Source of the DNA: Lama guanicoe
Taxonomy: Eukaryota
Assembly: GCA_013239625.1 (NCBI GenBank)
Contig: MU054098.1
Location: forward strand, 1,985,104-2,049,103
Direction of reading: 5' to 3'
Length of the DNA: 64,000 nucleotides
Part shown: piece by piece, positions 38,690 through 51,291 of the stretch
Numbering within the stretch: the first letter of the stretch is position 1
Layout: each line of letters begins with the position of its first letter
Made by a program: the position numbers and the translations under genes
Notes under the pieces: generated by a model
What the model was told of the DNA's origin: nothing
Databases searched by the model: none
Seen by the model: only the letters and a program-made list of their open reading frames with translations

Positions 38690-41639
38690 AATCTTGATAA
38701 ACCATCTGTCCCAATTTTTGGTTTGAAAAAAAAAATTCCATATCTGTATGTTATCAGCCAGGCCATAAAAATAGTCCCATATGGACTTTTTGTTATGCAG
38801 TAATAATATCACTGAAAACAGTACCTGGGAGTGAGAATCCTTTTGTTGGAAATTCCTATTTGTCAGTCACATTGGCTGGTTTCAGATGTCTCAATAACAT
38901 TATTTCTACTAAATTTTAGGTCTGTGGCACTGAAAGTATCACTCACTAAAAAAATGAGGAAAGTCGATCTTTGTTCACAGACTACTTTCTTAAGTGGAAA
39001 TCCTTCAGTTTTTGGGTATTTTCTATGTTTACACTCAGCTTAAGGTGATAATAGACAAATGTGTAATGTTAGAAAAGTGTATTGTTTTATTGGTCCCTCT
39101 TTTCCTCATAGAAGTGGTAAAAGGGCACCTTGGTCAAATACCATTTTATTCTCCTTGAAGTTTCCCGGTGTTCCTCTTGCTACATCTGACACCACTGATG
39201 CTTATTGATTGATTGGCTTTCTTCGCCGCTTTCCCCTAAGCAGTTAAATAAGAGCAATGTAAGGAGTTAAGATACTGATGTGTTCTCAGATAGAAATATT
39301 TATGTCCACATGATCGTGCCTTGAAAAGCGGAGAAGGGAGGAGGGAGCTACACATCAAATCTCATCCATATAGCCAAAGGAATTCTGCAGTCAACTTTAG
39401 AATCTCACATGAAATTTTATTACTTCCAGCTACCCGCTCTTGTTCCTTCTGTTACTACGAAGTCCTTTCTTCTTTCTGGATCACCTCCCTTGCAATTGTC
39501 CAGGCAGTAGCCATTTCTTGCTGGCCTTGACGAGGATGGTGAAATGGAGTTGGAATGCACTGCCGTCAGCCAAACAGGACCGTAAAGTCAGCTTCTTGAC
39601 AAATTTGCCCAGTTTGCAACAATCTGCTTCTAAAGGATCTCAACCAATTTCTGTCCCTCTCTATTTTTAAGGTGTCTTTTGCTGCTACTGTCCACAGATG
39701 GCTGTAGGATGCTGATGTGTTCACCAGGAATACCAGTGCCTGAACTCTTTGTTGGACCAAGGCGACGTTGCAGATGCTGCATCCCTCGTTGTGACAATGC
39801 CGCAGATGCCCGCACTGAGAGTACTGACACTGTATCAGAGGCAACGCTGCCAAAGCTGTTGGCACCCATTCTGCTGATTCTTTGGTTTTCAATGTCCTTT
39901 GGAGATTTACTCTGTCCATTGCAGCCTCCTTGCTAAAAGTTCCAGACTTAAGTCTCTGAGGCCTGGCCTAAAATACAATCTGATATACACTGTGCTATAC
40001 TTAAAATCTACTTCCCCTCATCCTTAAATACTAATTTATTTTCATTGAATCAGATTTGTTCATCTTCCCATATGATTCTTTCCCAGAAGAATCCTTAGAT
40101 CCTAGCATAATATCCTTTCCAGTGCCTCCCCCCACCGTTATCCTGATAATGCTCCAACGACACCTGGAGCCCCTGCTACAGTCTTCTCTTTCCCATTAAC
40201 CCCAGTAAAAATTGTGCTGTCTTTATTAAGAGTCTAACCCCACCCAATAATCAGCCTGAGTAATTGACACTCCTTCCGGTGAGAGCTTACATGATACTAA
40301 AGCATTGAGAAGAGAGAAAAGTAGTTCACACAAGTTGCCATAGCCTTGTTGCTGCTGTCCCTGTCTGATGACTTATAGGGCCCAGCAGGAAGCTGCTGTT
40401 CAGCCCCTCCTTGGGACATGGTAATCTATCTATTGGGACATTGATATATTTTATGAGATTCCTTATGGTCCTATCTTAGACACACATCCCATAGCCATTT
40501 CCTTTCTGGAGTCATGAGACCTCACTATCCACACTGCCAAGAATCAGGATGCAGGCCTTTGTTTTTGTTATCCACATACTTCTTGCTTTCCTTTTCCCCT
40601 CTTAGCTCAGGGAACTATCCAGACTGTGGGAAAAAACCCAGTCACCCCACCATTCACAAACTCTGTGAGTTAATTTAATTCAACATACTTCTCCCGTCTA
40701 GCTCAGCTGGGGTGGGGGTAGGATGAGGTTCATAGGAGCATTTTAAATACTCTTAGAAAGCCTTGGATGGGTATCTAGCAGCTGCCTGATGCTTTTTAAC
40801 GAATTTGTATATGTGGAGAGGTAGTGTACTCTTCCTATCCTCAGCTTTAGGATTTTCAACTGAAATTATGACAAAGAAGTCCCATTTATAAATCTGTAAA
40901 TCTTCATCAGTAAGTGTCAGTCTTCCCCCTGGGTATAACAAAAGTGCATGTACTTCCCTTACTCTTACCTGTTGTTTTAGGAACAGTCCTCTTCCACGGC
41001 ACACTCTCCAGCATCCTGAAATATAGGTGTGCTTAATGTGATCTGGGATGGATAGCACTGTGGGACTACCCCAAGAGGAGTGCTGATCAGAGATGATGAG
41101 AATAACAAAATAAGGAAGCATTTTAGTCATTGTATAATAGGACAGACCAAGACTACGTGCTTAAGTTTCTCTCATTGATCTAGTCACTAATTAGTGTAAA
41201 TAAGTCAGTTGTTGAGGTAGAATTCCGGGGGAGAAAGCAAGGGCTCATGGCCCGAGATTAAAAACACCTTGCTAGGGATGGTAAAGGAAGGCAGGAGGTT
41301 GGCACTGTGGAGAATACAGGCAATAGAGTGCTTTGAAAATAGCAGGTGACTACAGTATGCAATACTGCTCATTAGGGGACTGTGTTACTAGGTGGAGATC
41401 ATGCTTAGTTTGGCTTTCAGATGCTGTGAAGCACATAGTTCCTAGAAAACGTGGGAATGAAAAGATTTGAAATACGTGTAGCAGACCTTATGGGTAAAAG
41501 CCAATGACTTGGGCTTATGTTTGTATGTGGCAATACTGCAAATGTTTGAAATTTTGCAAGAAGACAGGAGTGTCTGAAAAACCACTCAGAGAGGAGACAG
41601 TGTGAAGAGGTGTATTTTCTCAAATGTAAGGGGACCATC

Positions 41640-41670
<31 letters not shown>

Positions 41671-43200
41671 CTTTCTTTTTCTCTAGCATCACCTGAAGTT
41701 GCATAGCAAGCCAGGGTGGAGACTCCCTGACCAATGTCTACCTGCAAACTTTTAATGACAGTGCCCTGCAACCCTTGGGCCCAGCTGACTGATTCTCCTT
41801 TGGACAGCCCCCTCAGTTTTTGGAGCAAGGCCAAAGGAAGCAAACCAGAGTTTCAAGGGAGCCTTTTGCATACCATTCAACTGGAAAACCCCACACTAGG
41901 ACTGTCTCTGTGTCACACATGTGACAATGGTCACAGCACTCAGGGTGAGGCCAAGGCCCTGGTAGTAATTTTTTTTCTATAGTGCTTGTCCACTGGACTC
42001 TGGACAGTGAAAATTGATGAGCTGTAATCATCTGGAAGTCCAAACTTGGTAAAGAAGACACTTGAGATAACTTCAGTTACAATCATCTAACTAGAGATCT
42101 TGACAGAGCTACCAGCCAGATCATTGTCTCTTTTTCTCTTCGTTTTCACAATGCTCTATACTCAGTAAAGTCTAATTCAATTGGATCTTCATGAGGATGA
42201 TGACTTATTCTAGATTTCTGTTTCCTGTGCACCTGTAACACTTTCCATAGTGACCAATTTATGCTCTTTCCATGATTTGAAGATATTTTTGAAGGTAATA
42301 CATACACAAAAGTACTTTTCACTAGCATCCAGAAAAACAGATGCATTCTGATCCTTAGGACAGGCCACTCATAGGTTAAATGATCAGTCCTTATGAGTAC
42401 TTTGGAACTCCAAAGGAAAATCTATGCGCTCTACCTTTGAGCGATGTGCACAGTAATGCTATGGATGTTTTCTATTATAGAGTCACCAAATTGGGAGGAG
42501 TGTCTTGTTAAAAGATGCATAATATCTAATTTAATACTTGAAGATATTTTAAGCTAAAACCAGAGTCTTACACTAGTTCTTGGGTGCTTTCTCTTCTTGG
42601 TTGGCCAAAGTAAGGCAACACTTTTTCTAAGAATCATCCTATCTGACCATTTTTCTATTTCCACCCTGATCATGCCTGAATATTTTCCATGGTCTATGCT
42701 GGCAACAGAAGTCTAGATTATGAAAAGGGTATTGGATATTGGGTGCACTGTTTTTGCCTGGGAAATGTTTTCTATAGGGGAGTGGGCACCTAAATTAAGC
42801 TTTTGCTATGGTCACATTTAGTTCTTGGTTACTGTTGTGTATTCTGACTCTTATGGTGTAGGGACAGAGTAACATTTTTGTCTCCTAATGTTTAACTGTA
42901 ACTTTTTTTCTTTTTCTATTCTTTTTTTCTATTTTTTTTAAATTGAAGTATAATTGATTTACAATGTTGTGTTCATTTCTGGTGTATAGTGATTCAGTTA
43001 TACATGTATATATTCTTTTTCATTATAGGTTATTATAAGCTATTGATAGAATGGAATCATGAGAGATTTGGTATGGCAGTAATTCAACCTCAGAGGGGCT
43101 CGTGAGTTTATCCTAGACTGCAACATGTTACTATCTCTTGATCTGGGACAATGGAATAAGTAGAAAATGGGAGAGGATGATGCTTCTTACACATTTTTGA
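38690..43200 (+). pseudogene. Long collagen-like relic segment (L1 tail at about 42900-43050)
   Basis: VK GHL GQI; ALK SGE GRR..HIK SHP YSQ; ALP SAK QDR..NLP SLQ..SK GSQ. 39718-39870 reads CSP GIP VPE LFV GPR..IPR CDN AAD ART EST DTV SEA TLP KLL API. Also LI GPS; STV GLP; ORF 41734 SKP EFQ GSL..CDN GH STQ GEA; FSI GEW APK. Confidence 0.75.
41639..41670. repeat. (GATT)n microsatellite
   Basis: gattgattgattgattgattgattgattga. Confidence 0.95.
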
Positions 43201-46200
43201 GAAGGTAGTTACTTGGCTTTATATTTTATTTACTTAGTCAGTTACTTAGGTATGCATTTTGATTATTAGGTTGACTCATCTCTGGGGAGATCTATGTTGT
43301 TAGAACTTTAAATTTCAAACAAATGATTGAGTTGACAAAAGGATAGACTTTGCAATCCTACATTTTACAGAGAAGCTAAATTTTGAAGTAGCATGACTCT
43401 GGCAATGTGTGTGTTTCTTGCACATATTATATATAGCACTCTGGTAAGTGAGGACAACATATAATGTGAAGTAGGAAATAGAATTAAAGAGTGACTTCTA
43501 GTGTATACTTTGGACTTGAGGTAGATCATTTCTGTGGATTCCAGGGGCAATAAAATCGCAGAAACATATGCATTCAATTAAGTCCAAATTGAATTGAATC
43601 TTTGGTTTAGTTACTCATTTTTTTAGGTCATTCATTCAGTACATTTATTGAGCACATATGTGCCAGGCTCTTTGCAATCCATCTGTGAACAAAGGACAGA
43701 AATTTCTGTTTTTGTGAGACTTATGTTCTAGGTCCCAGGAAGATACATAGAAGCAAAAGCAAAGACTCTAACTGTAGCTTTGAGATCTCATTTACTATCA
43801 TCACAAACTGTAAGGTCTACATTATCATTTTCCTTTTACAGATGAGGATGCTGGGATTTAGAGATGCTAAGTGCCATGGGCTAATGGCTGTTGTGTGTGC
43901 ATGGTGGTGGGAGGATTAAGCCTTGGCAAGTGTCTAGATGACCTTGTTGCCTGGAGATGCAGAAAATCTGACTTTTATTTGATAACTGCTGGCAAGCGGA
44001 GGAAGGTCAAGTACGACTGAGGCTGTGGATGAGCATCATTTTGTTTTGCCATGTTTCTAATACATACGTTTGATTTTTAGAACATTAGAGCAGAAAAAAT
44101 ATCTTAAAGACTCTACAGTTCTATGTTCTTTAAACCACCAGTCGCCATCCTTACTGGAATATAAAGTCAGTTTCATGGGTCACAACAAGCAATATTTTTA
44201 AAAACAGCAAATAAAACAAAAGCTATCAGAGTCTCTCCCCCATAAGTAATGGTGAATACTGGTCTGCAAAGAGATATTTCAGACTTCTGGACAAGAAATC
44301 TGGTCTCCTTGTAAAATGTATTTCTTATGTAGATCATACTCAACAAAATTTAAAAGTCACTTCTCCAGCCTAGAATGTCCACTTCACTGATGAGGAAATT
44401 GAGTGGGACAGTGACTTGCCCAAGGTCACACAGTTAGGCATATTATACAAATTAAGGTTGAAGAATGTTCAGCCAGCAGGAGGGAGGCTCTAAAATGACT
44501 TAATGCATACAGGTACATACTTTAACTAACTATAAGACACTATTCTTTTTTAAATATAGGAATTCTTTCCTCTCACTACAAAAAGAAGGAAAAACAGGTT
44601 ACCATAGGGGAGCTTCCCTTTTATTACTATCTTCACGTGGCTAATATTTAGTTATCTGAGACAACAATTTTTTTTTCTCTTGAAGCAGGGTACTTGTAGT
44701 TAGGAAGCCCAAAGTTTTAAGGCTTCCCCTTCTACCTTGGACACACCAGAAGACATCAGTGGGAGCAGGCAGGATTTTGTTATTTCCTACCCTGTATAGA
44801 GTGGAATTGATGGACCACACATATTCCACCTGGGAAGCTGGGCAAACATGGTCTGACTTCAATGGGTAGGGTTATGGAAAGAAACCTAACAGCGAGACTG
44901 AGTTCATTCAGATCCAGCACCAGAGAGTGAGAATTCGAGTAAGAAAGACAGGCCTTTAAAAGGAGAGATGCAGGTCGTTGGCCCAGTAGGAGCAGAGCCT
45001 GGTCACAGACAGCCTGTCCCTAGTGTGTTTGTGGTTTTCCTTTGCATCCAGCATCACTGTGTTCCCCACACAGGCACAGAGCAGATGGGGCTCTCCTAGC
45101 ATGATGGGTGATGACTCTGTCCCATCTCTTGACTCTGTGTGTTTTCCCCTGAACGTCATCTTTTTCTAGACCTGTTATGGATCAGTTCCTTTCTTATTCT
45201 CGCACTACAATGTGCCAGGTCCACTGGACAGGTGGGCCTCCTTGTTCGGAGAGGTGGGGATCCCAGGTGCCTAAGAGACATATCCCCAGTGAACATGGCC
45301 CTTGGCTGCTCTTCCTGTGAGAGTCAGTCCTCTTGACAGATCTACATCTGTGCCAGGCAGGTGTGGAAGTCCTGCTGCCTTCTGAGTGAGAACTCCTTCC
45401 AGCCTAGGCATTCATCGCAGATCTGGTCCTAGGAAGGGTCTGATCTGTGCATCCCTGAAGAAGTACTACAGATTTGGGCAATGGGAGGAGGAGCAGGCAC
45501 GTGATGTGAAAGGTTCAGAGAGGCTCCGGATTCTGTCTCAGTTCACAGAAGCTTCTGATGCCTTGGCCTTGACCATTAGCACCTGTGTGGCACCAGGAGC
45601 CAGCCCAGGTGTGGGTCTTCCTAGTGAAATGGTACTCAAAATTCTCCCTTGAGCCCCTGAGATTTTCTGCAGGCCTTGCTTTAAGAGCTGAGGAGGCTGT
45701 CCAGAGAGGGGTCAGCTGGACGAGGGGCTGGGGGCTCTGTCATGAAAAGATCACAGCATAGGGAGACATTGGTCAGGGAGTCGCCACCCTGGGTGACCAT
45801 GTGATTTTAGGTGGTGCTAGAGAAAAGAAAAGTCTACCAAGAAAAATAAATCTAGTAAATTAATTTTTAAATGCTTTGACATACCATAGGCAGTCCCACC
45901 CCAGTCATATACAGTAGTAATGTGCTTCATTTCCTAGGTCTTTATGGTTGTCATTTGGTCCTAAGCACAGATACTAGAAACAAAATATAGATTAACAGAA
46001 GGAGATCAGTACAGGCCTGAGAGACCCATAGGTAGAAGAAAAATTTAGCACGCATTGAACCAGAAGGACAAGTGGGACAAGGATTCAATAGAATATGTCA
46101 AGACACTGGAACAAGTTTGCAGAATGCACATACAGCAGTGAACTATCAGTGATAAAACATTTAAACTTTTTAATGAAGTATGCTGGGTGTTCGGTCTAAG

Positions 46201-46559
46201 TAACTAAAAGACAATATTCTCTGTTAAACAATAGGAATTGTTTCCACTTACCACAAAAAGGAGGAAAATAAAAACAAGCTTCCACATGGATCCCTCCCAG
46301 TCACACATGGTGCCTTGTCAATGACTAGTTAGTTCCCTGAGGATCCATGATTTTTTTGCACTTAAGGTGAGATCTTCTTAATTAGGCAGCCCAAGAGTGT
46401 GAAGGCTGTCAGGAAGGGAGTCAGTTGTCTTGACCAAGGGTGTAATAGGACAGATAATGGAAAAGAAGTCTCTGACTTTACAGGACCCACAGGGGATCCA
46501 TCACCTTGCCTGATCCCATGACACACGCTGCAGTCCAAACTGAAGAAACAAAGTAGCGA

Positions 46560-48362
46560 AAAAATAACTGTGAAAACTAAATAAGAGGTGAATGTTGGCC
46601 AAAATAGCAAAGGATGTTTGAATATTCCCTCCTCCATAAAAGCCGTGAGAAAATAGGTAAAAGGTGTCAGAATCAACTTTTTGAGCTCCAGAAATTAACA
46701 AAAGGCTAATGGCAATTTTGGAAATGTTTATTCAAGAAAAAAAAGTCTGAATCTTGATTAGAACAGTGAGCTTGTGGTGTTTAAATCCCTTTTATTTACA
46801 TCCCATCCTTTCCAGCTCTGTGGTAGTCTTGAAAAGCAGTAGTTCATAATCACAATAAAAACCAAGAAGATGGTGGCACTGGAGGGAGCAGGACAGTGTG
46901 GGAACTCCTTAAAAGCCTCACACCCAGAGAACTGCTATTATTTCACTGATCTTGGAATGCCTCTACTTGCAAGGATGTACCCAGAGCTCATAGTGCTAAA
47001 AATCTTTTTGTTGGGGGTATTTGTCAAAAATATTTACAGGCATTGTTTAACTTTGGGATTACCTTAAATAGTGGATAACAGGTGGGGCAAAAAAAAATTT
47101 TAAAAAATAGGCTCACCAAAAACTTAAAATGAAAAGCTGGAGAATGAGTTGTCCAAATAAACTTTGAAAAGCTCTGATATATCCCTAGAGTCTAGACGGG
47201 CACATACATGCCCAGGCTGTGTGCAGCTCATCAAAGATCTGAAAAAGTCCAAAGCCCTCACCTCTGGCTGACCTGGAAGGATCTTTGCAAGCAGGAAGGG
47301 AAAACTGAGGCAGAATTTTAAATTTAAATTGCCTGGCTGAAGATTGAGGCACTATCTAGCATACACATGGAGTCCCTTGGCAAAAAAAAAAAAAAAAGAA
47401 TTTGAGGAAATCTCTGTTCAATTATTAGCTGGCCACTAAGCTAAATGAACAGAGACCTCAGTGGCAACACATAACAAAGAATATAGACTTTAAAGAACTA
47501 ATTTAGAAAAGTCAATAATCAAACAAAAAACAAGAACTGCAACAGAAAGCAGCAACAACAACAAAAAATTCTGTGCAGGGGAGAGGATGTGATTTCCAGG
47601 GTTGCTGCATTGTGTTATTTAAAATATCCACTTTCAACAATGACAAAAACGTGAGAAACAAAGTATGACCAGGCATTGAAAAAAAAGTAATCAATAGAAA
47701 GTCTTTGATGAAGCCCGGATTTTGTATTTGCTAGACAATCTTTTTAAATCAGCTCTGATAAATTTGTTCAAAGAACTAAAGGAAATCATGTCTAAAAGAA
47801 CTAAATGAAAGCATGAGATTGGTGTCTCACCAAATAAAGAATATCAATAGAGACAGAGGTCACAAAAAAGAACCAAATAGAAATTATTGAGTTGAAAAGT
47901 ACAATAACAGAAATGAAAAATTCAATAGAGGGGCATATTTCAGCATTCAGAGAAAAGAATCAGCAAACTTGAAGACAAATCAATGGAGAAAATCTAGTCT
48001 GAGAAACACAAGAAAAGAGAAAGAGAAAGAAAAATACCATATGATGTCACTTATATGTGAAATCTTAAAAAAAAAAAGACAAACAAACTTACTTACAGAA
48101 CAGAAACAGATTCACAGACATGGAAAACAAACTCATGGCTACCAAAGGGCGGGGAAGGGGTGGGAAGGATAAATTGGGAGTCTGAGATTTTCAGATACTA
48201 GCTACTGTATATAAAATAGATAAACAAGTTTTTCTGTATAGCACAGGGAACTATATTCAATATCCTGTAATAACCTATAATGAAAAAGAATAGGAAAATG
48301 AATATATGTATGTTCATGTATGACTGAAGCATTATATTATACACCAGAAATTGACATATTGT
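46560..48362 (+). mobile_element. Older L1 5' region/ORF1 fragment (about 46560-48010) followed by a young L1 3'UTR (about 48015-48362)
   Basis: ORF1-like text aagaaccaaatagaaattattgagttgaaaagtacaataacagaaatgaaaaattcaatagaggg, then a 3'UTR matching the other young copies. Confidence 0.75.
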
Positions 48363-49117
48363 GGGAAAAAAAGTGAAAAGAGCCCAAGAATGCAAGATTG
48401 CTGTTCATGGTTTTATTAGGAAGAATCAAATTTGGGGAGTTAAGATTACTAGCACTAAAATATTTATGACTAAATAATATGTAGTGATCAGTGAGGAAAT
48501 ATCTAAGGCTCATTTATACACGGCACGTTCGCACTACCTAACTACAGGATACTGTGTTTTGTTAAAATAAACCAATTCCCTCCTCTCACTGAAATCAAGA
48601 GGGAAATAAATGAAAAACTGCGCTACCACGTTGAGTCCTTTCGGCCATTTATACCTCCATGTGATTGACTTCTTGGAAAGTTTTCTGGGGAAATATTTTT
48701 ACTTCCTCTATGGTTGGTGCCTTCTAAGTAGGAGGCCTAGGGGTGTAAAGGCTGTCCAGAGGAGGGTCAGGTAGCCTGACCCAGGGACAGGGTGAACTGT
48801 TATTTAAAGAGGACAAAATAAGCAGATGTTGGTGACTGTACCTCCAAGATTTCAGAACCCACAGCTCATCACTTCACAGACTATTTAATGGGATATTGAT
48901 GAAATAGAAGAAAAAATAAAAATAAATTTTAAAAAATCTAAAAATTTTAAAAGCTGTTATTTAAATACTATGTAATAGGTACATGTTGGTGACAGCATCT
49001 CTAGCTTTCAAGACCCATATGGGTTCACCTTGGTTGACTATATAACTTAGGGGCTATTTTTTAAATAAAAGTAGAAGACAAAAGTAAGTTCCAAAGACTT
49101 TAAAAAATGGAAAAACA

Positions 49118-49240
49118 GGGTGAGGGTACAGCTCAAGTGGTAGAGCGCATGCTTAGCATGCATGAGGTCCTGGGTTCAATCTCCCATACCTCCATTAAAT
49201 AAACAAATAAATAAACCTAATTACCCCCCACCAAAAAAAA
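49118..49240 (+). mobile_element. tRNA-Ala-derived SINE (Vic-1-like)
   Basis: gggtacagctcaagtggtagagcgcatgcttagcatgcatgaggtcctgggttcaatc...cctccattaaataaa; flanked by aaaaaatggaaaa. Confidence 0.85.
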
Positions 49241-49261
49241 TGGAAAAGAAAATTTTTAAAA

Positions 49262-50128
49262 CATTTTTTATTGATTTATAATCATTTTACAGTGTTGTGT
49301 CAAATTTCAGTGTAGAGCACAATTTTTCAGTTATACATGAACATATATATATTCATTGTCACACTTTTTTTTTTTCTCTGTGACCTACCATAAGATCTTG
49401 TATATATTTCCCTGTGCTATACAGTATAATCTTGTTTATCTGTTCTAGAAATCCCAGCCCTTCCCAACCCCCGCCCCCTTGGTAACCACAAGTTTGTATT
49501 CTATGTCTATAAGTCTGTTTCTGTTTTGTATTTATGTTTTTTTTTAGATTCCACATATGAGCAATCTCATATGGTACTTTTCTCTCTCCTTGTGGCTCAC
49601 TTCACCCAGAATGACATTCTCCGGGGACATCCATGTTGCTGCAGATGGCATTATGTTGTCATTTTTATGACTGAATAGTATTCTATTGTATAAATATACC
49701 ACTTCTTCTTCATCCAGTCATCTGTTGGTGGACATTTAGGCTGTTTCCATGTCTTGGCTCTTGTAAATAGTGCTGCTATGAACACTGGGGTGCAGGTGTC
49801 ATCCTGAAGTAGGGTTCCTTCTGGAGATATGCCCAGGAGCAGGATTTCTGGGTCATATGGTAAGTCTATTCCTAGTCTTTTGAGGAGTCTCCATACTGTT
49901 TTCCACAGTGGTTGCACCAAACTGCATTCCCACCAGCAGTGAAGGAGGGTTCCCTTTTCTCCACACCCTCTTCAGCATTTATTGTTTGTGGACTTTTGAA
50001 TGACGGCCATTCTGACTGGTGTGAGGTGATATCTTATTGTAGTTTTGATTTGCATTTCTCTGGTAATTAGTGGTACTGAGCATTTTTTCATGTGCTTATT
50101 GATCATTTGTATTTTTTCCTTGGAGAAT
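49262..50128 (-). mobile_element. Young L1 3' portion
   Basis: ORF 49651..49920 [30 protein letters not shown]. Confidence 0.93.
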
Positions 50129-51240
50129 AAAGAAAGAAAGAAATAAACCTAATTACCTGCCCCCCTACCCCAAAAAAATGGAAAAACAATTTTTAAAAGG
50201 TGAAGAAAAAAAAAGATGAAGGAAAAGTGTCTCTTACATGGATAATAAGTAACTCAGGGAGGCTACCAGTCTTATGCATGGTTCTTGGTTATATAACAAA
50301 AGATTTACAGTTCAAGTGGCTTCAGGAAGCTAGTGGTGGGTTGGGGTGAGAAGGAAAGGGGTAAGGCAAAAAGCTCACTTTTCGTGACTAGAGAGCTAAA
50401 ATGCCAACAGCTTTTTGCAAAGGCAAGTTTTCAGTTTAGAGGATCTGTTGATTTGACTCATGGTTTGGAAAGCAGTATTCTCAGATTAAAACACTTAAGG
50501 CTGCAAAATTTGAAGCCACTGGAAGAAGATGCTTCGTTTTCTCTAGTTAACCACAAAACTATTTTCTTTCTTACAAGATAGAAATTTCTTCCTTTTACCA
50601 TTAAAGGAAGAAAGCAGGGGGGAAAAAAAGGCAAGGGACTGACATAGGGCTCCATCCTAGTCATTCATACTTCCTAAAGGAAGGTCACCTCTGCTTGACC
50701 CAGAGGGCCAAGATATGTTTCTGTTGGAGAGTATCTCTAAAGAGACAAGCTAGAAAAAACCCAATCTTTTATTTAAAAAGAAAGCAAAAAGCATAAAAGT
50801 AGAGGGATGGTTGGGAATTACGACATTCAAACCTTCCAGTCATTTATACCTGCATCTTAATGAGTTGGTGTTTCTTTAAGACAAGTTTTCATTTTTTAAA
50901 TGTTTTGGGGAATAGGTTAGAAATAAAAGCCTGGTATTGAGAAAATAAAGAATAAGATGGTCTCAAGGCAGTGGCAGGTCAGCTTTGCCAGACCAAAGAA
51001 GACAGCATGTGCTGCTCTTTTAAGATGACAGAAAATGAAGATACCCATGGGGACATTTCTAAAGAGGCAATACTGAAAAAGAAAAAGAACTTACAATGAA
51101 GAAAGCAACGAACTACCCCCCCCTGCTACACACACACATCCTACACACAGGAAAGAACACCCCAAAAGGCTCTCATATACACCCCTTTCAGTCTTCTATA
51201 CCTACATGCCTGGGAGAGACTTATAGATTTCTTAAATGCA

Positions 51241-51245
<5 letters not shown>

Positions 51246-51274
<29 letters not shown>

Positions 51275-51291
51275 CTGTGTGTCTGTGCGTG
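51246..51291. repeat. (TG)n microsatellite
   Basis: tgtgtgtgtgtgtgtgtgtgtgtgtgtgtctgtgtgtctgtgcgtg. Confidence 0.95.

Noticed and set aside
42140..42880. Possible decayed TRIM RING/B-box exon on the minus strand
   Set aside because: Most zinc ligands are missing and the resemblance was pieced together across frames; better explained as the antisense of the collagen relic.
39300..43550. Apparent Ty3/Gypsy pol relic on the minus strand (RNase H-, integrase- and RT-like snippets such as NYCHTK, HFPGKNS, FTKFGLPD, SSWGSPTVL)
   Set aside because: The matches needed many frame switches, lacked catalytic residues and came in an inconsistent domain order. The same bases read more simply and in longer single frames as Gly-X-Y text on the + strand. 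An HMM search with rve/RVT_1/RT_RNaseH would settle it.
49118..49195. tRNA-Ala-like sequences (also at about 4065 and 56415)
   Set aside because: Each is followed by a shared non-tRNA body and A-rich tail, with mismatched stems; they are SINE heads, not tRNA genes.
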